Shown here: piece after piece, positions 25,449 through 34,458 of the stretch
Layout: every line of letters starts with the position of its first letter
Position numbering within the stretch: the stretch's first letter is position 1
Assembly (NCBI GenBank): GCA_964387935.1
Contig: CAYLZN010000004.1
Coordinates: forward strand, 4,231-53,294
Length of the DNA stretch: 49,064 bases
Origin: an uncultured Vicinamibacteraceae bacterium
GTDB lineage: Bacteria; Acidobacteriota; Vicinamibacteria; Vicinamibacterales; JAFNAJ01
Reading direction: 5' to 3'
Notes under the pieces: generated by a model
Seen by the model: the letters and a program-made list of their open reading frames with translations, nothing else
Databases searched by the model: none
What the model was told of the DNA's origin: nothing
Position numbers and translations under genes: made by a program

Positions 25449-26648
25449 ATGCGAAAGCGCCTGCTCGTCCTGCTCGCCACGGCTCTGCTCGTGCTGGTCG
25501 CTGCGACGGCGGCCCTTGTCGGAGCACGTGTCCGTGACCGCGACAGTCACCGTGCCCGCGGTGAACAACTCCTGCGCATCTCGAACCCGTCGGAAGAACC
25601 GGTCGTGCTCTGGCGTGCGGGACCCACGCTGGATACCGCGAGGCAGGTCGCCCTGCCGGGCCCCTCCGTCTGGCTTCCTGAAGCGAACTACTTCGTCGAG
25701 GCCGGCGAGGGGCCGCAGCGGCGTTTTCACCCGGTCCCGCTCTCGGGCTTCCACATCGGTCCCGATACGGACGGCACCTTCGCCCTGGCCATAAGGCCGC
25801 ACGCCGACGCACCTCCGCCACTGACGCCGACCGGGGCCCCCTGGGTGTACGTGCCCGCCGGCGACTTCGCGTTGGGGGAGGCTGGCAACCCGGGTGAACG
25901 GCACCATGTGTACGAGCCCGGCTTCTTCATCGGGGCCTTCGAGGTGACCAACGGCGAATTCCGCCGGTTCCTCGAGGACCCGGCCGGGTACGAGGACAGG
26001 CGACACTGGACCTCGCGCGGATGGGCGTGGAAGGCGACGGGCCGGTCCCAGGTGACGGCGAGCCTCGCCCCGGATGCCGCCGACTATGGGCGCTTCGGCG
26101 CCGACGATCTCCCCGTCGTGCTGGTGACCTGGTTCGAGGCGAACGCCTACGCACACTGGCTCGACGAGCGCCTCGGCGCGAACCGCTGGAAGATCCGTCT
26201 GCCGACCGAATCGCAGTGGGAGAAGGCCGCCAGGGGGCCCGACAGCTTCGACTACGGCCTGGGCAGCACGCTGAGCGAAGCCGAGGCCCCGCTCTACAAC
26301 TGGCGGAAGAACCCCGGGGTCGACGTCACGCTGGTCGGATGGACCGACACCCGCGACGACTTCAGCGCCAACCGCTTCGGCATGTACCACGCCTCCGGCA
26401 ACGCTGCCGAGTGGTTGCAGTCGCTGTCTCGGCCGTTCAGCCGTGACCGGCCGTTCCGGGACGACGAGCGCAATGCCGACGAGGGCGACGGCCTGCGCAC
26501 GACGCGCGGGGGCTCCTGGTACAGCGCGACGACGTCGCGCCTGCGGCTCGGCTACCGCGAGGAGTTCCAGCCGGAGATGAGCAGTAACGACCTCGGCTTT
26601 CGCCTCGTCGCACAGCCTCTGCCCTGGGCCGGACGTCGCACACCCTAG
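25449..26648 (+). CDS. Formylglycine-generating-enzyme (SUMF1/EgtB/PvdO) domain protein with an N-terminal membrane anchor
   Basis: The start was chosen at ATG 25449 (MRKRLLVLLATALLVLVAATAAL). The C-terminal half shows FGE-sulfatase motifs: EVTNGEFRRFL, PVVLVTWFEANAYAHW, RLPTESQWEKAARG, GNAAEWL, RGGSW, LGFRLV. Confidence 0.75.
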   Translation: MRKRLLVLLATALLVLVAATAALVGARVRDRDSHRARGEQLLRISNPSEEPVVLWRAGPTLDTARQVALPGPSVWLPEANYFVEAGEGPQRRFHPVPLSGFHIGPDTDGTFALAIRPHADAPPPLTPTGAPWVYVPAGDFALGEAGNPGERHHVYEPGFFIGAFEVTNGEFRRFLEDPAGYEDRRHWTSRGWAWKATGRSQVTASLAPDAADYGRFGADDLPVVLVTWFEANAYAHWLDERLGANRWKIRLPTESQWEKAARGPDSFDYGLGSTLSEAEAPLYNWRKNPGVDVTLVGWTDTRDDFSANRFGMYHASGNAAEWLQSLSRPFSRDRPFRDDERNADEGDGLRTTRGGSWYSATTSRLRLGYREEFQPEMSSNDLGFRLVAQPLPWAGRRTP

Positions 26649-26666
26649 CAGCAGGGCACACGGAGT

Positions 26667-28403
26667 ATGCCGGTCATGTCATCACGACGCGCTCTTCATG
26701 CGCTCATCCCTTGCGCGATCACCGTGGCGCTGGGCGGTCCGGCCGTGTCTGCCCTTCTGGCGCAGGCCTCAGCCTCCGCGCGCCACGCGCGTGCATTCAA
26801 GACGTCCGACGCCGCCGTCGATCCCAGGCTGTTCCTCGAGCACGTCCGCACGCTCAGTTCGGACGGGTACGAAGGCCGACTCCCAGGCACGAAGGGCGAG
26901 GACCTGACCGTGGCGTACCTCGCGGACCAGTTCCGGCAGTTCGGCGTCCGTCCCGGTGCCGTCGACGGCACCTACATCCAGACGGTACCGCTCGTCGGGC
27001 TGACAGCCACCTTGAGTCCCTTGACGCTTCGCAAGGGATCCACCGAGCGCGCCCTCACGCCCGGCGAGGACTTCGTCGTCTGGACGAGGCGCGCCGTGGA
27101 GGAGGCTGCGCTCGAGGCGTCCGAACTCGTGTTCGTCGGCTACGGCGTGGACGCGCCCGAACTCGGATGGGACGACTTCAAGGGCGCGGACCTGTCGGGC
27201 AAGACTCTCGTCATGCTGATTGGCGACCCCCCTGTCCCGGATCCGGCAGACCCGTTGAGGCTCGACAAGAAGACCTTCGGCGGCACCGCGATGACCTACT
27301 ACGGTCGATGGACCTACAAGCTGGACATCGCCGCCGCGCGCAAGGCCGCCGGCGTGCTCATCGTCCATGAGACGGCGGCGGCCGGATACGCCTTTTCCGT
27401 CGTGCAGGCGCAACTCGGCGAGCGGTTCCATCTGCGCACGCCGGACCGGAACCTCGCCCGCCCCGCGGTCGAGGGGTGGATGACCCAGGAGGAGGGGCGC
27501 GCGCTGTTCAAGCTGGCCGGCCAGGACTTCGAGGCGCTCCAGCGCCAGGCCGCCACCCGAGGCTTCAAGCCCGTCCCGCTCGGCATCACGGCGTCCACCA
27601 CGATCAGGAACGCGCTGCGTTCCATCGACTCCCGCAACGTGATCGGTCGCATCGAGGGCAGCGATGCCCGACGTCGCCAGGAGTGCGTGGCCTTCACCGC
27701 GCACTGGGATCACTTCGGCACGGGCCCGGCCATCGAGGGTGAGACGGTGCGACACGGCGCCGTGGACAACGCCACGGGCGTGGCGGGCCTCCTGGAACTG
27801 GCGAGGGTGTTTGCGCGACTGCCGGTGAAGCCGAAGCGCTCGCTGCTCTTTCTCGCCGTCACCGCGGAAGAGCAGAACCTGCTCGGCTCCGAGTTCTACG
27901 TCCGACAGCCCGTGATCCCCCTCGAACGCACGCTCGCCGTCCTGAACCTCGAGATGATGAACGTGTACGGCCGGACAGGGGATCTCGTCGTCTACGGGCT
28001 GGGAGAATCACAGCTCGACGACTACCTCCGGGACGCCGCCGCCGAGCAGAACCGCTCGCTGAGACCGGATCCCGTCGCGGAGCAGGGCCTGTTCTTCCGC
28101 TCGGATCACTTCTCGTTCGTCAAGCAGGGCGTCCCCGCCGTCTGGGCCTCCGGCGGCGAGCACTATCTCGACAAGCCGGCGGACTACGGCCGGCGCGTGC
28201 GCGACGAGTTCCTCGCGAACCGGTACCACAAACCGGCCGACAAGCCACGTCCCGAATGGGACCTTGCCGGGGCCATGCAGGATCTGCAGGTCTACGCGGC
28301 TGCGGCGTTTCGCATCGCGCAGACGGACAAGTTTCCGCAGTGGGCGCCCGAGTCCGCCTTCCGGGCCGCGCGCGAACACATGTTCAAGAGCCCGAAGCCC
28401 TGA
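26667..28403 (+). CDS. M28-family metallopeptidase with a PA (protease-associated) insert
   Basis: 578 aa with a signal peptide. NVIGRIEGSD, FTAHWDHFG, GAVDNATGVAGLLELAR, LFLAVTAEEQNLLGSEFY and SDHFSFVKQGVPA are typical Zn-ligand regions of M28 aminopeptidases. Confidence 0.85.
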   Translation: MPVMSSRRALHALIPCAITVALGGPAVSALLAQASASARHARAFKTSDAAVDPRLFLEHVRTLSSDGYEGRLPGTKGEDLTVAYLADQFRQFGVRPGAVDGTYIQTVPLVGLTATLSPLTLRKGSTERALTPGEDFVVWTRRAVEEAALEASELVFVGYGVDAPELGWDDFKGADLSGKTLVMLIGDPPVPDPADPLRLDKKTFGGTAMTYYGRWTYKLDIAAARKAAGVLIVHETAAAGYAFSVVQAQLGERFHLRTPDRNLARPAVEGWMTQEEGRALFKLAGQDFEALQRQAATRGFKPVPLGITASTTIRNALRSIDSRNVIGRIEGSDARRRQECVAFTAHWDHFGTGPAIEGETVRHGAVDNATGVAGLLELARVFARLPVKPKRSLLFLAVTAEEQNLLGSEFYVRQPVIPLERTLAVLNLEMMNVYGRTGDLVVYGLGESQLDDYLRDAAAEQNRSLRPDPVAEQGLFFRSDHFSFVKQGVPAVWASGGEHYLDKPADYGRRVRDEFLANRYHKPADKPRPEWDLAGAMQDLQVYAAAAFRIAQTDKFPQWAPESAFRAAREHMFKSPKP

Positions 28404-28460
28404 TTCGTCCTGTCCAGCGTTCAAGGGGAGGGACGTCGGTGCCGATCCCCGGGAAGACGC

Positions 28461-28778
28461 ATGGAACGAGTGGGCCGTCCAGCCGCTTGGCGGGCGATTC
28501 CTGCACCGTGGACGCCCCCACGGGTCGCCTTGTCACTCGCCACAATCGCGCTGCTGCTGCTCGCCGCGCAGGCCGCGGGTCTGGTTCTGCGGTTCGAGAT
28601 GCTTGGCGGCAGGCGAGCCGAGGGCCTGGGCGGACGGCCCGATCTCACCTATAACCTCCTGTGCACGGCAGAGGAGTCGCTGGAGATGGGCGGACTGATC
28701 CTCCTCACCTACGCGCTCCTGTCGGCCTGTCGTACCAGGGCCGGCCCCGGCCAGGCGACTCGCGCCCGCGCCTACTGA
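28461..28778 (+). CDS. Hypothetical small membrane protein (uncertain; the true start may be internal)
   Basis: This is the only ORF in the 28.40-28.77 kb gap with coding-like third-position bias, and that bias starts from about codon 20. It has two hydrophobic segments (LSLATIALLLLAAQAAGLVL, MGGLILLTYALLSA). It overlaps the convergent DUF2147 gene end by 7 nt. Confidence 0.3.
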   Translation: MERVGRPAAWRAIPAPWTPPRVALSLATIALLLLAAQAAGLVLRFEMLGGRRAEGLGGRPDLTYNLLCTAEESLEMGGLILLTYALLSACRTRAGPGQATRARAY

Positions 28779-29218
28779 GTCCGCTGCCAGGTCTGCGAGC
28801 GGCCCAGCAGCGAGAACCCGATGTAACCGCGCACCTCCAGCGACCGGCCGTCCTCGGACAGTCTCACCTTCACCCGGTAGATCTTCCCATCGTCCGGGTC
28901 GAGCACGCGCCCGCCGTCCCACGCCCGCCCGCGGCCCTTCAAGCCCCACAGGAAGCGGAGCCCGACAATGGGCTTGTCCTTGAATTCGCCCGGGCACTTC
29001 AGGCACTTCAGGTCCGCGGGCTCACCGGGCCGCGGGAACGCCTGCACCACGGTCCCCACCAGCTCGTCTCCGACCTGCTCGATCCGGATGACGGACCTGA
29101 TGTCGCCCTGGCGATCGTCGCGCTGCTGCCAGAGTCCGACAGGAGTGTCGTCGGCCGCCAGCGCCGGCAGGACGCTGGCCACGAGGACCAACGCCAGGGC
29201 TGGCGAGCCGTGGCGCAT
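28772..29218 (-). CDS. DUF2147-like secreted protein
   Basis: The ATG at 29216-29218 gives the signal peptide MRHGSPALALVLVASVLPALAADD. GLWQQRDD.., KCLKCPGEFKDKPIVGL, DGGRVLDPDDGKIYRVKV and LEVRGYIG match the DUF2147 pattern. An alternative start exists at 29245. Confidence 0.65.
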   Translation of the reverse strand: MRHGSPALALVLVASVLPALAADDTPVGLWQQRDDRQGDIRSVIRIEQVGDELVGTVVQAFPRPGEPADLKCLKCPGEFKDKPIVGLRFLWGLKGRGRAWDGGRVLDPDDGKIYRVKVRLSEDGRSLEVRGYIGFSLLGRSQTWQRTQ

Positions 29219-29250
29219 CGTTCGGACGGGATCGCGGGGACCCATGGCCG

Positions 29251-30411
29251 TCAGCGTCTCCGGAGCGACTTGGCGATCACTTCCTTCATGATTTCGTTGG
29301 TGCCGGCGTAGATGCGCTGCACGCGGCTGTCCGCCCAGATGTGCGCGATGTCGTACTCGACCGTATACCCGTAGCCCCCGAAGACCTGGAGGCACCGGTC
29401 CGCGATTTCGAACTGCTTGTCGGTGATCCACCATTTCGCCATCGAGGCGGTCACCGTGTCGAGGGTGCCCTCCATGTGGCGCTGGATGCAGGAGTCGAGG
29501 AAAACGCGCGCGATGTGCGCCTCGGTCTGGCATTCCGCCAGCTCGAAGCGCACGTGCTGCAGGTCCATCAGGGTTCCGCCGAAGGCCTTGCGGTCCCCGG
29601 CGTGGCGTATCGTGAGGTCGAGCGCGCGCTCGATCGCCGTCACGGCCGCCACGGCGACCATCAGCCGCTCGTACGGCAGCTGCTCCATCATCTGGACGAA
29701 GCCCCGCCCTTCGGCCGGGCCGAGCAGGTTCGCCGCCGGCACGCGCACGTCGTCGAAGAACAGCTCGCACGTGTCCTGCCCGTGCTGCCCGAGTTTCTCG
29801 AGCGTCCGGCCGACGCGATAGCCCTTCAGGCCGCGCGTCTCGACCATGACGAGGGATGTGCCCTTCGAGCCGGAAATCGCCGGGTCCGTTTTCGCGGCGA
29901 GGCACACCAGGTCCGCGTGGTAACCATTCGTGATGAAGGTCTTCGAGCCGTTGATCACGTACTCGTCGCCCTTCCGGATCGCGGTCGTGCGAATCGCCTG
30001 CAGGTCCGAGCCCGCTCCGGGCTCGGTCATCGCCAGCGAGGTGACGACCTGGCCGGTCGCCATGCGGGGCAGCCACGCCTGCTTCTGCGCTTCGCTGCCG
30101 TAGGCCAGCAGGTAATGGGCGACGATGCTCTGGATGATGTTCCCGAAGCTGGTGATGCCGGCGCGCGAGAGCTCTTCGCTGACGACGCATTCGTAGGGCA
30201 GCGTGCCACCACCCCCGCCGTACTGCTCGGGAACGTCAGCGAGGAGCATGCCCATCTCGCCCGCGCGGTTCCAGGCCTCGCGGTCGACATGGTGCTGCCC
30301 GCGCCACTTCTGGTCGTTGGGCACGAACTGCTCGGCGAGGAACTGCCGGACCGACCGGCGATAGACGTCGAGGTCTTCGGTCATCCATGGAGAACGATAG
30401 GTATTGGACAT
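29251..30411 (-). CDS. Acyl-CoA dehydrogenase
   Basis: 386 aa from ATG 30409-30411 (MSNTYRSPWMTEDL..). LAMTEPGAGSDL, INGSKTFITNG and QVFGGYGYTVEYDIAHIWADSRVQRIYAGTNEIMKEVIAK are canonical ACAD motifs. Confidence 0.9.
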   Translation of the reverse strand: MSNTYRSPWMTEDLDVYRRSVRQFLAEQFVPNDQKWRGQHHVDREAWNRAGEMGMLLADVPEQYGGGGGTLPYECVVSEELSRAGITSFGNIIQSIVAHYLLAYGSEAQKQAWLPRMATGQVVTSLAMTEPGAGSDLQAIRTTAIRKGDEYVINGSKTFITNGYHADLVCLAAKTDPAISGSKGTSLVMVETRGLKGYRVGRTLEKLGQHGQDTCELFFDDVRVPAANLLGPAEGRGFVQMMEQLPYERLMVAVAAVTAIERALDLTIRHAGDRKAFGGTLMDLQHVRFELAECQTEAHIARVFLDSCIQRHMEGTLDTVTASMAKWWITDKQFEIADRCLQVFGGYGYTVEYDIAHIWADSRVQRIYAGTNEIMKEVIAKSLRRR

Positions 30412-30425
30412 GATGAGCACTCGGG

Positions 30426-30467
30426 CAACTGGTAACTGGTAACTGGCAACTGGTAACTGGCAACTGT
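30426..30467. repeat. Tandem heptanucleotide array, 6 units of (C/T)AACTGG, the reverse complement of the CCAGTTN unit at 11189-11237
   Basis: Units are CAACTGG, TAACTGG, TAACTGG, CAACTGG, TAACTGG and CAACTGT. The array fills the 59-nt spacer between the SDR stop (30471) and the ACAD start (30411). Confidence 0.95.
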
Positions 30468-30470
30468 TGA

Positions 30471-31238
30471 TCACTTCGGCGGCATCCGCAGCGCGCCATC
30501 GAGACGGATCACCTCGCCGTTGAGCATGTCGTTCTCGATGACGTGGGTCACGAGCGACGCGAACTCCGCGGGCTCGCCCAGGCGGGACGGGAACGGCACC
30601 TGCGCACCGAGCGCCTGTTTCACCTGCTCCGGCAGGGAAGCCAGCAGCGGTGTGTTGAAGAGGCCAGGAGCGATTGTGACGACGCGGATGCCGAGCGGGG
30701 CCAGATCGCGGGCGATCGGCAGGGTCATGCCCACGATTCCGCCCTTGGAGGCGGAGTAGGCCGCCTGCCCGATCTGCCCGTCGTAGGCCGCAATCGACGC
30801 GGTGTTGACCAGCACGCCCCGGGTCCCCGTCGCGTCCGGCGCCTGCTGGGCCATCTGCGCGGCCGCGAGGCGAATCATGTTGAAGGTGCCGACGAGATTG
30901 ACCTGCAACGTCCTCGTGAAGGCGTCGAGCGGATGTGGCCCCTGCTTCCCGAGGATCTTGATCGCGAAGGCGACACCGGCGCAACTGACGGCGCCGTGCA
31001 GCGCGCCTGCCGCGGCAACAGCCGCGGCTATGGCGGCCTGGACCGACGCCTCGTCGCTCACGTCCGTGCGGACGAAGCGGGCGCGCGCACCGAGGGCGCC
31101 CGCCACCTCCGTGCCCGCGGCGTCGTTGATGTCGGCCACGACGACGAACGCTCCGCGCGCAGCGAGGGCGCGCGCCGTGGCCGCACCGAGCCCGGAGCCG
31201 CCCCCGGTGACCACGAATGCCTTGTCCTTGATGTCCAT
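30471..31238 (-). CDS. SDR-family 3-hydroxyacyl-CoA dehydrogenase (type-2 / HSD17B10-like)
   Basis: The ATG at 31236-31238 gives [44 protein letters not shown] provides the catalytic S..Y-x-x-x-K. The protein ends in the typical [19 protein letters not shown] lies upstream of the ATG. Confidence 0.85.
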   Translation of the reverse strand: MDIKDKAFVVTGGGSGLGAATARALAARGAFVVVADINDAAGTEVAGALGARARFVRTDVSDEASVQAAIAAAVAAAGALHGAVSCAGVAFAIKILGKQGPHPLDAFTRTLQVNLVGTFNMIRLAAAQMAQQAPDATGTRGVLVNTASIAAYDGQIGQAAYSASKGGIVGMTLPIARDLAPLGIRVVTIAPGLFNTPLLASLPEQVKQALGAQVPFPSRLGEPAEFASLVTHVIENDMLNGEVIRLDGALRMPPK

Positions 31239-31246
31239 GGAATCCC

Positions 31247-31867
31247 TCACTGGGGGTCGTAGTAGCGAACGAACTCGAGAGGCTTGGGCAGTTCAGGGCG
31301 CTCGACCCGCAGGACCACCTTGAGTCGTCGCACCTGCTCGTCGCCCGTGCCGGCGGTGTCCACCGAAATGCGGCGCTCCACCTCGAAGCCGTCGCCGAAG
31401 TCGGTCTCCCAGACGAGCACGCCCCCGACCCAGCTCGCCCTCATCTTCGTCATGCCCGCGTTGGTCAGTTGGTCGCGCTTCCGGCCGTCCGGGATGAGGC
31501 GATCAACGTGATGGTGGCCGTCGACGAGGACGATCTCGCCCGGCTTCTGGGTGACCTCGAGCCGTTCCGGCGCTTCGAGGACGAGCCGCAATCGCTCTCG
31601 TGCGCGGGCCCGCTGATCGGGGTCCGTCGTCCGGCCCCCGCCGGTCCGAGGGATGCCCATGCCAGGCATCGAGCCTGGAGAGCCCCGGCGCCCGCCGGGG
31701 CCCTGGTCCGCAGGCCCGCCGGCTCCCGGCTCGGGATCGCTCGACTCGCGATCGATCTGCCAGACCCCGGCGAGGTTTGGCTCCCGTGTCTGCGCCGGTG
31801 AGGATGGCCCCCAGAAGCCGCACCCGACACCCAACGCGAGAACAACTCCAACCCGGCACACGTGCAT
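31247..31867 (-). CDS. Hypothetical secreted protein with a Gly/Pro-rich low-complexity segment
   Basis: 206 aa. It has a hydrophobic N-terminus ([18 protein letters not shown]), a disordered stretch ([34 protein letters not shown]) and then a beta-rich C-terminal domain. I do not recognise the family. It is the first gene of the SDR/ACAD unit. Confidence 0.5.
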   Translation of the reverse strand: MHVCRVGVVLALGVGCGFWGPSSPAQTREPNLAGVWQIDRESSDPEPGAGGPADQGPGGRRGSPGSMPGMGIPRTGGGRTTDPDQRARARERLRLVLEAPERLEVTQKPGEIVLVDGHHHVDRLIPDGRKRDQLTNAGMTKMRASWVGGVLVWETDFGDGFEVERRISVDTAGTGDEQVRRLKVVLRVERPELPKPLEFVRYYDPQ

Positions 31868-31904
31868 GAGGTCCCTTTCGAGCGGCAGCCGGCGCTTCGG
31901 ACCT

Positions 31905-31910
31905 TATAAT
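31905..31910 (+). promoter_or_regulatory. Perfect TATAAT -10 hexamer upstream of the dipeptidase gene
   Basis: TATAAT at 31905-31910 stands out in GC-rich DNA. It lies 32 nt upstream of the ATG at 31943, and AAGGAG is positioned as the Shine-Dalgarno sequence. No convincing -35 is present. Confidence 0.35.
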
Positions 31911-31942
31911 CTGCCCACCCCACCGACGTAAAGGAGTGGTCC

Positions 31943-33208
31943 ATGCAGGTCAGCGTCACCAACAAGGCCCTTGTCACCGTCTCGCTCGTGCTCCTCGTGG
32001 GATCCCTTGCGCCCGTCTGGACGGGGCAGGATGCTGCGCTGCAGGAGCGGGCCCGCAGGATTCATGCGGACGCCCTCGTGCTCGACACGCACGTGGACAC
32101 CACCGGCAGACTGCTGGACCCCCAGTGGAGCTTCCTCGACCGCCACGAACCGGCAGCGCGCGGGGCGGGTCCTGGGAGCGCCCGCCCGACGGGCAATGCG
32201 GTGGATCTGCCGCGCATGCGCGCGGGCGGGCTGGACGCGGTCTTCTTCTCGATCTTCGTCCCGGGGACGGTGACGGGACCACCCGCGATCAGGCGCGCTC
32301 TGGAGCAGATCGACGCGGTCCGTCGGCTCGCGGAGCGGCATCCCGACCAGATCGCCCTGGCCACGACGGCGGCTGACGTGCGCGCCGCGCATCGGGCGGG
32401 CAAGGCCATCGCGCTCATGGGCATGGAGGGCGGTCACATGATCGACGACAGCCTCGCGATGGTGCGCACCTACGCGAGGCTCGGTGTGCGCTATCTCACG
32501 CTGACCCACAGCGTGAACACCAACTGGGCCGACTCCTCCGGGGACACTGCGAAGCACAACGGTCTCACCGCGTTCGGCAGGGACGTGGTGCGGGAACTCA
32601 ACCGCCTGGGCGTGATGGTGGACGTGTCGCACGTCGCCGACAAGACGTTCTGGGACGCGCTCGAGGCCAGCCGCGCGCCGCTCCTCGCCTCCCACTCCTC
32701 CTGCCGGGCCATCTCCGGCCACCCGAGGAACATGACGGACGAGATGATCAAGGCCCTGGCCGCGAAGGGTGGCGTGATTCAGATCAACTTCCTGGACGCG
32801 TACCTGGACAACGACCTCTATCTCGCGCAGGCGGCGCGGCAGAAGGAACTCGAGCCGCTCCGCCGGGAGCTCGAGCAGAAGTTCCCCGGCCCGGACAACG
32901 CGACGCGCCGCATGCAGGAGCTGCGCGCCGCCATGGCCCAGATGCCCCCCTTGCCTCGCCCCTCCTGGGAGAAGATCGTCGAGCACATCGATCATGCGGT
33001 GAGGCTCGTCGGCCACGAACACGTCGGTCTCGGCTCGGACTTCGACGGGGCCACGATGCCGATCGGCATGGAAGACGCCACGCAGCTGCCCAGAATCACC
33101 GAGGCCCTGCTGCGCAAGGGCTACACGGAGTCGCAGGTCAGGAACATCCTGGGAGAGAACCTGCTGAGGCTCATGGAGCGTGTGGAGGCCGTCGCCGGCG
33201 CGCAGTGA
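31943..33208 (+). CDS. Membrane (renal-type) dipeptidase, peptidase family M19
   Basis: 421 aa with a signal peptide. LVLDTHVDT, GMEGGH, VRYLTLTHSVNTNWADS, GVMVDVSHV, SHSSCRA, RNMTDE and GLGSDFDG are the M19 metal-ligand blocks. Confidence 0.85.
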   Translation: MQVSVTNKALVTVSLVLLVGSLAPVWTGQDAALQERARRIHADALVLDTHVDTTGRLLDPQWSFLDRHEPAARGAGPGSARPTGNAVDLPRMRAGGLDAVFFSIFVPGTVTGPPAIRRALEQIDAVRRLAERHPDQIALATTAADVRAAHRAGKAIALMGMEGGHMIDDSLAMVRTYARLGVRYLTLTHSVNTNWADSSGDTAKHNGLTAFGRDVVRELNRLGVMVDVSHVADKTFWDALEASRAPLLASHSSCRAISGHPRNMTDEMIKALAAKGGVIQINFLDAYLDNDLYLAQAARQKELEPLRRELEQKFPGPDNATRRMQELRAAMAQMPPLPRPSWEKIVEHIDHAVRLVGHEHVGLGSDFDGATMPIGMEDATQLPRITEALLRKGYTESQVRNILGENLLRLMERVEAVAGAQ

Positions 33209-33213
33209 CGGCG

Positions 33214-34458
33214 CTAGGCGAGGACTCGGCCCCTCGTCTCGGGGATGAAGGCCCACAGGACCGCCGCCACGAGGAACGCCGACGCCGCGACCGCGAACGC
33301 GGGGCCGAAGCCTCGCGTGTCCGCCAGCGAGCCGACGACGAAGGGCGCGACGGCGCTCGCGATCCGCCCCACGTTGTAAGTGAAGCCCTGCGCGGTGGCG
33401 CGCATGGTCGTGTCGTAGATTTCCGCGCTGACGGCGCCGAAGCCGGTGAAGTAGCCCGTGCCGAAGAACGCCACGAGCGGTCCGAGCGCGAGCAGGACCG
33501 TGGGCTGCCGCGTCGAGGCATAGGCGGTCATCAGCGTCGCCGCCGCGAGCAGGTACCCCACGTAGGCCCGTTTCCGGCCCACCCGATCGCTCACGTAGCC
33601 GAAGGTCACGTAGCCGAACCACATCCCGACCTGCATCACGACGATCAGCAGCGACATCGTGACCGTGGGGAGACCGACGCCGCCCTCGGCGCGTGGCAGT
33701 GACAGGAACGCCGGAATCCAGAGGTTGAAGCCCCACCACGCGAACATCGTGCAGGCGTTCATCAGTGTCAGAGCGAGCGTGAGGCGGCGCAGCCGGGGCC
33801 CGAACATCGCGCGGAACGCGGAGCGACCGGCCTGCCCCGCCTGCAGCCGGGTCCGCTGCCAGATCTCGGGTTCGCGGACGTGTCGGCGCACCCACAGGGT
33901 GAACAGCGCGGGGAGGACACCCACGAAGAACACGGCCCGCCAGCCGAAGGCCGGCTGCACCAGGGCGTTGACGACCGCGGCCGCCCCGTAGCCGACGGCC
34001 CATGAGCTCTGCATGAACCCGAGGGCCTTGCCGCGGTGCTCTGCGGGCCACGTCTCCGAGACGAGCGCCGCCCCGCTGGCCCATTCGCCGCCCATGCCGA
34101 GGCCGAGCAGGACGCGGAACACCGCGAGCTGGGTAATCGACTGGGCCAGCCCGCAGGCTGCCGTGAACACGGAATAGATGAGGACGCTCGCGATGAGCGC
34201 GCGGGTCCGCCCGAACCGGTCGGCGATGACGCCGAAGGCAATGCCGCCAATGGCGGAGGCGACGAGCGTCAGGGAACCCAGTTGGCCGGCGGTGGCCTTG
34301 TCCATGCCAAGGTCGGCCATCAGAGACGCCAGGACCAGGGCATACAGCATCACGTCGAAGGCATCGAGCATCCAGCCGAGGGACGCGGCAAGTAGCGCCC
34401 GGCGCGCGTCAGGCGTCGCCTCGTGCCAGAACGTGAGCAGGCCCGGGCTAGCGACCAT
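33214..34458 (-). CDS. MFS transporter (organic-acid/metabolite:H+ symporter type)
   Basis: The start was chosen at ATG 34456-34458 (MVASPGLLTF...), which overlaps the hyuB stop by 11 nt. It has 12 predicted TM segments and the MFS loop motif ADRFGRTRAL. Confidence 0.75.
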   Translation of the reverse strand: MVASPGLLTFWHEATPDARRALLAASLGWMLDAFDVMLYALVLASLMADLGMDKATAGQLGSLTLVASAIGGIAFGVIADRFGRTRALIASVLIYSVFTAACGLAQSITQLAVFRVLLGLGMGGEWASGAALVSETWPAEHRGKALGFMQSSWAVGYGAAAVVNALVQPAFGWRAVFFVGVLPALFTLWVRRHVREPEIWQRTRLQAGQAGRSAFRAMFGPRLRRLTLALTLMNACTMFAWWGFNLWIPAFLSLPRAEGGVGLPTVTMSLLIVVMQVGMWFGYVTFGYVSDRVGRKRAYVGYLLAAATLMTAYASTRQPTVLLALGPLVAFFGTGYFTGFGAVSAEIYDTTMRATAQGFTYNVGRIASAVAPFVVGSLADTRGFGPAFAVAASAFLVAAVLWAFIPETRGRVLA

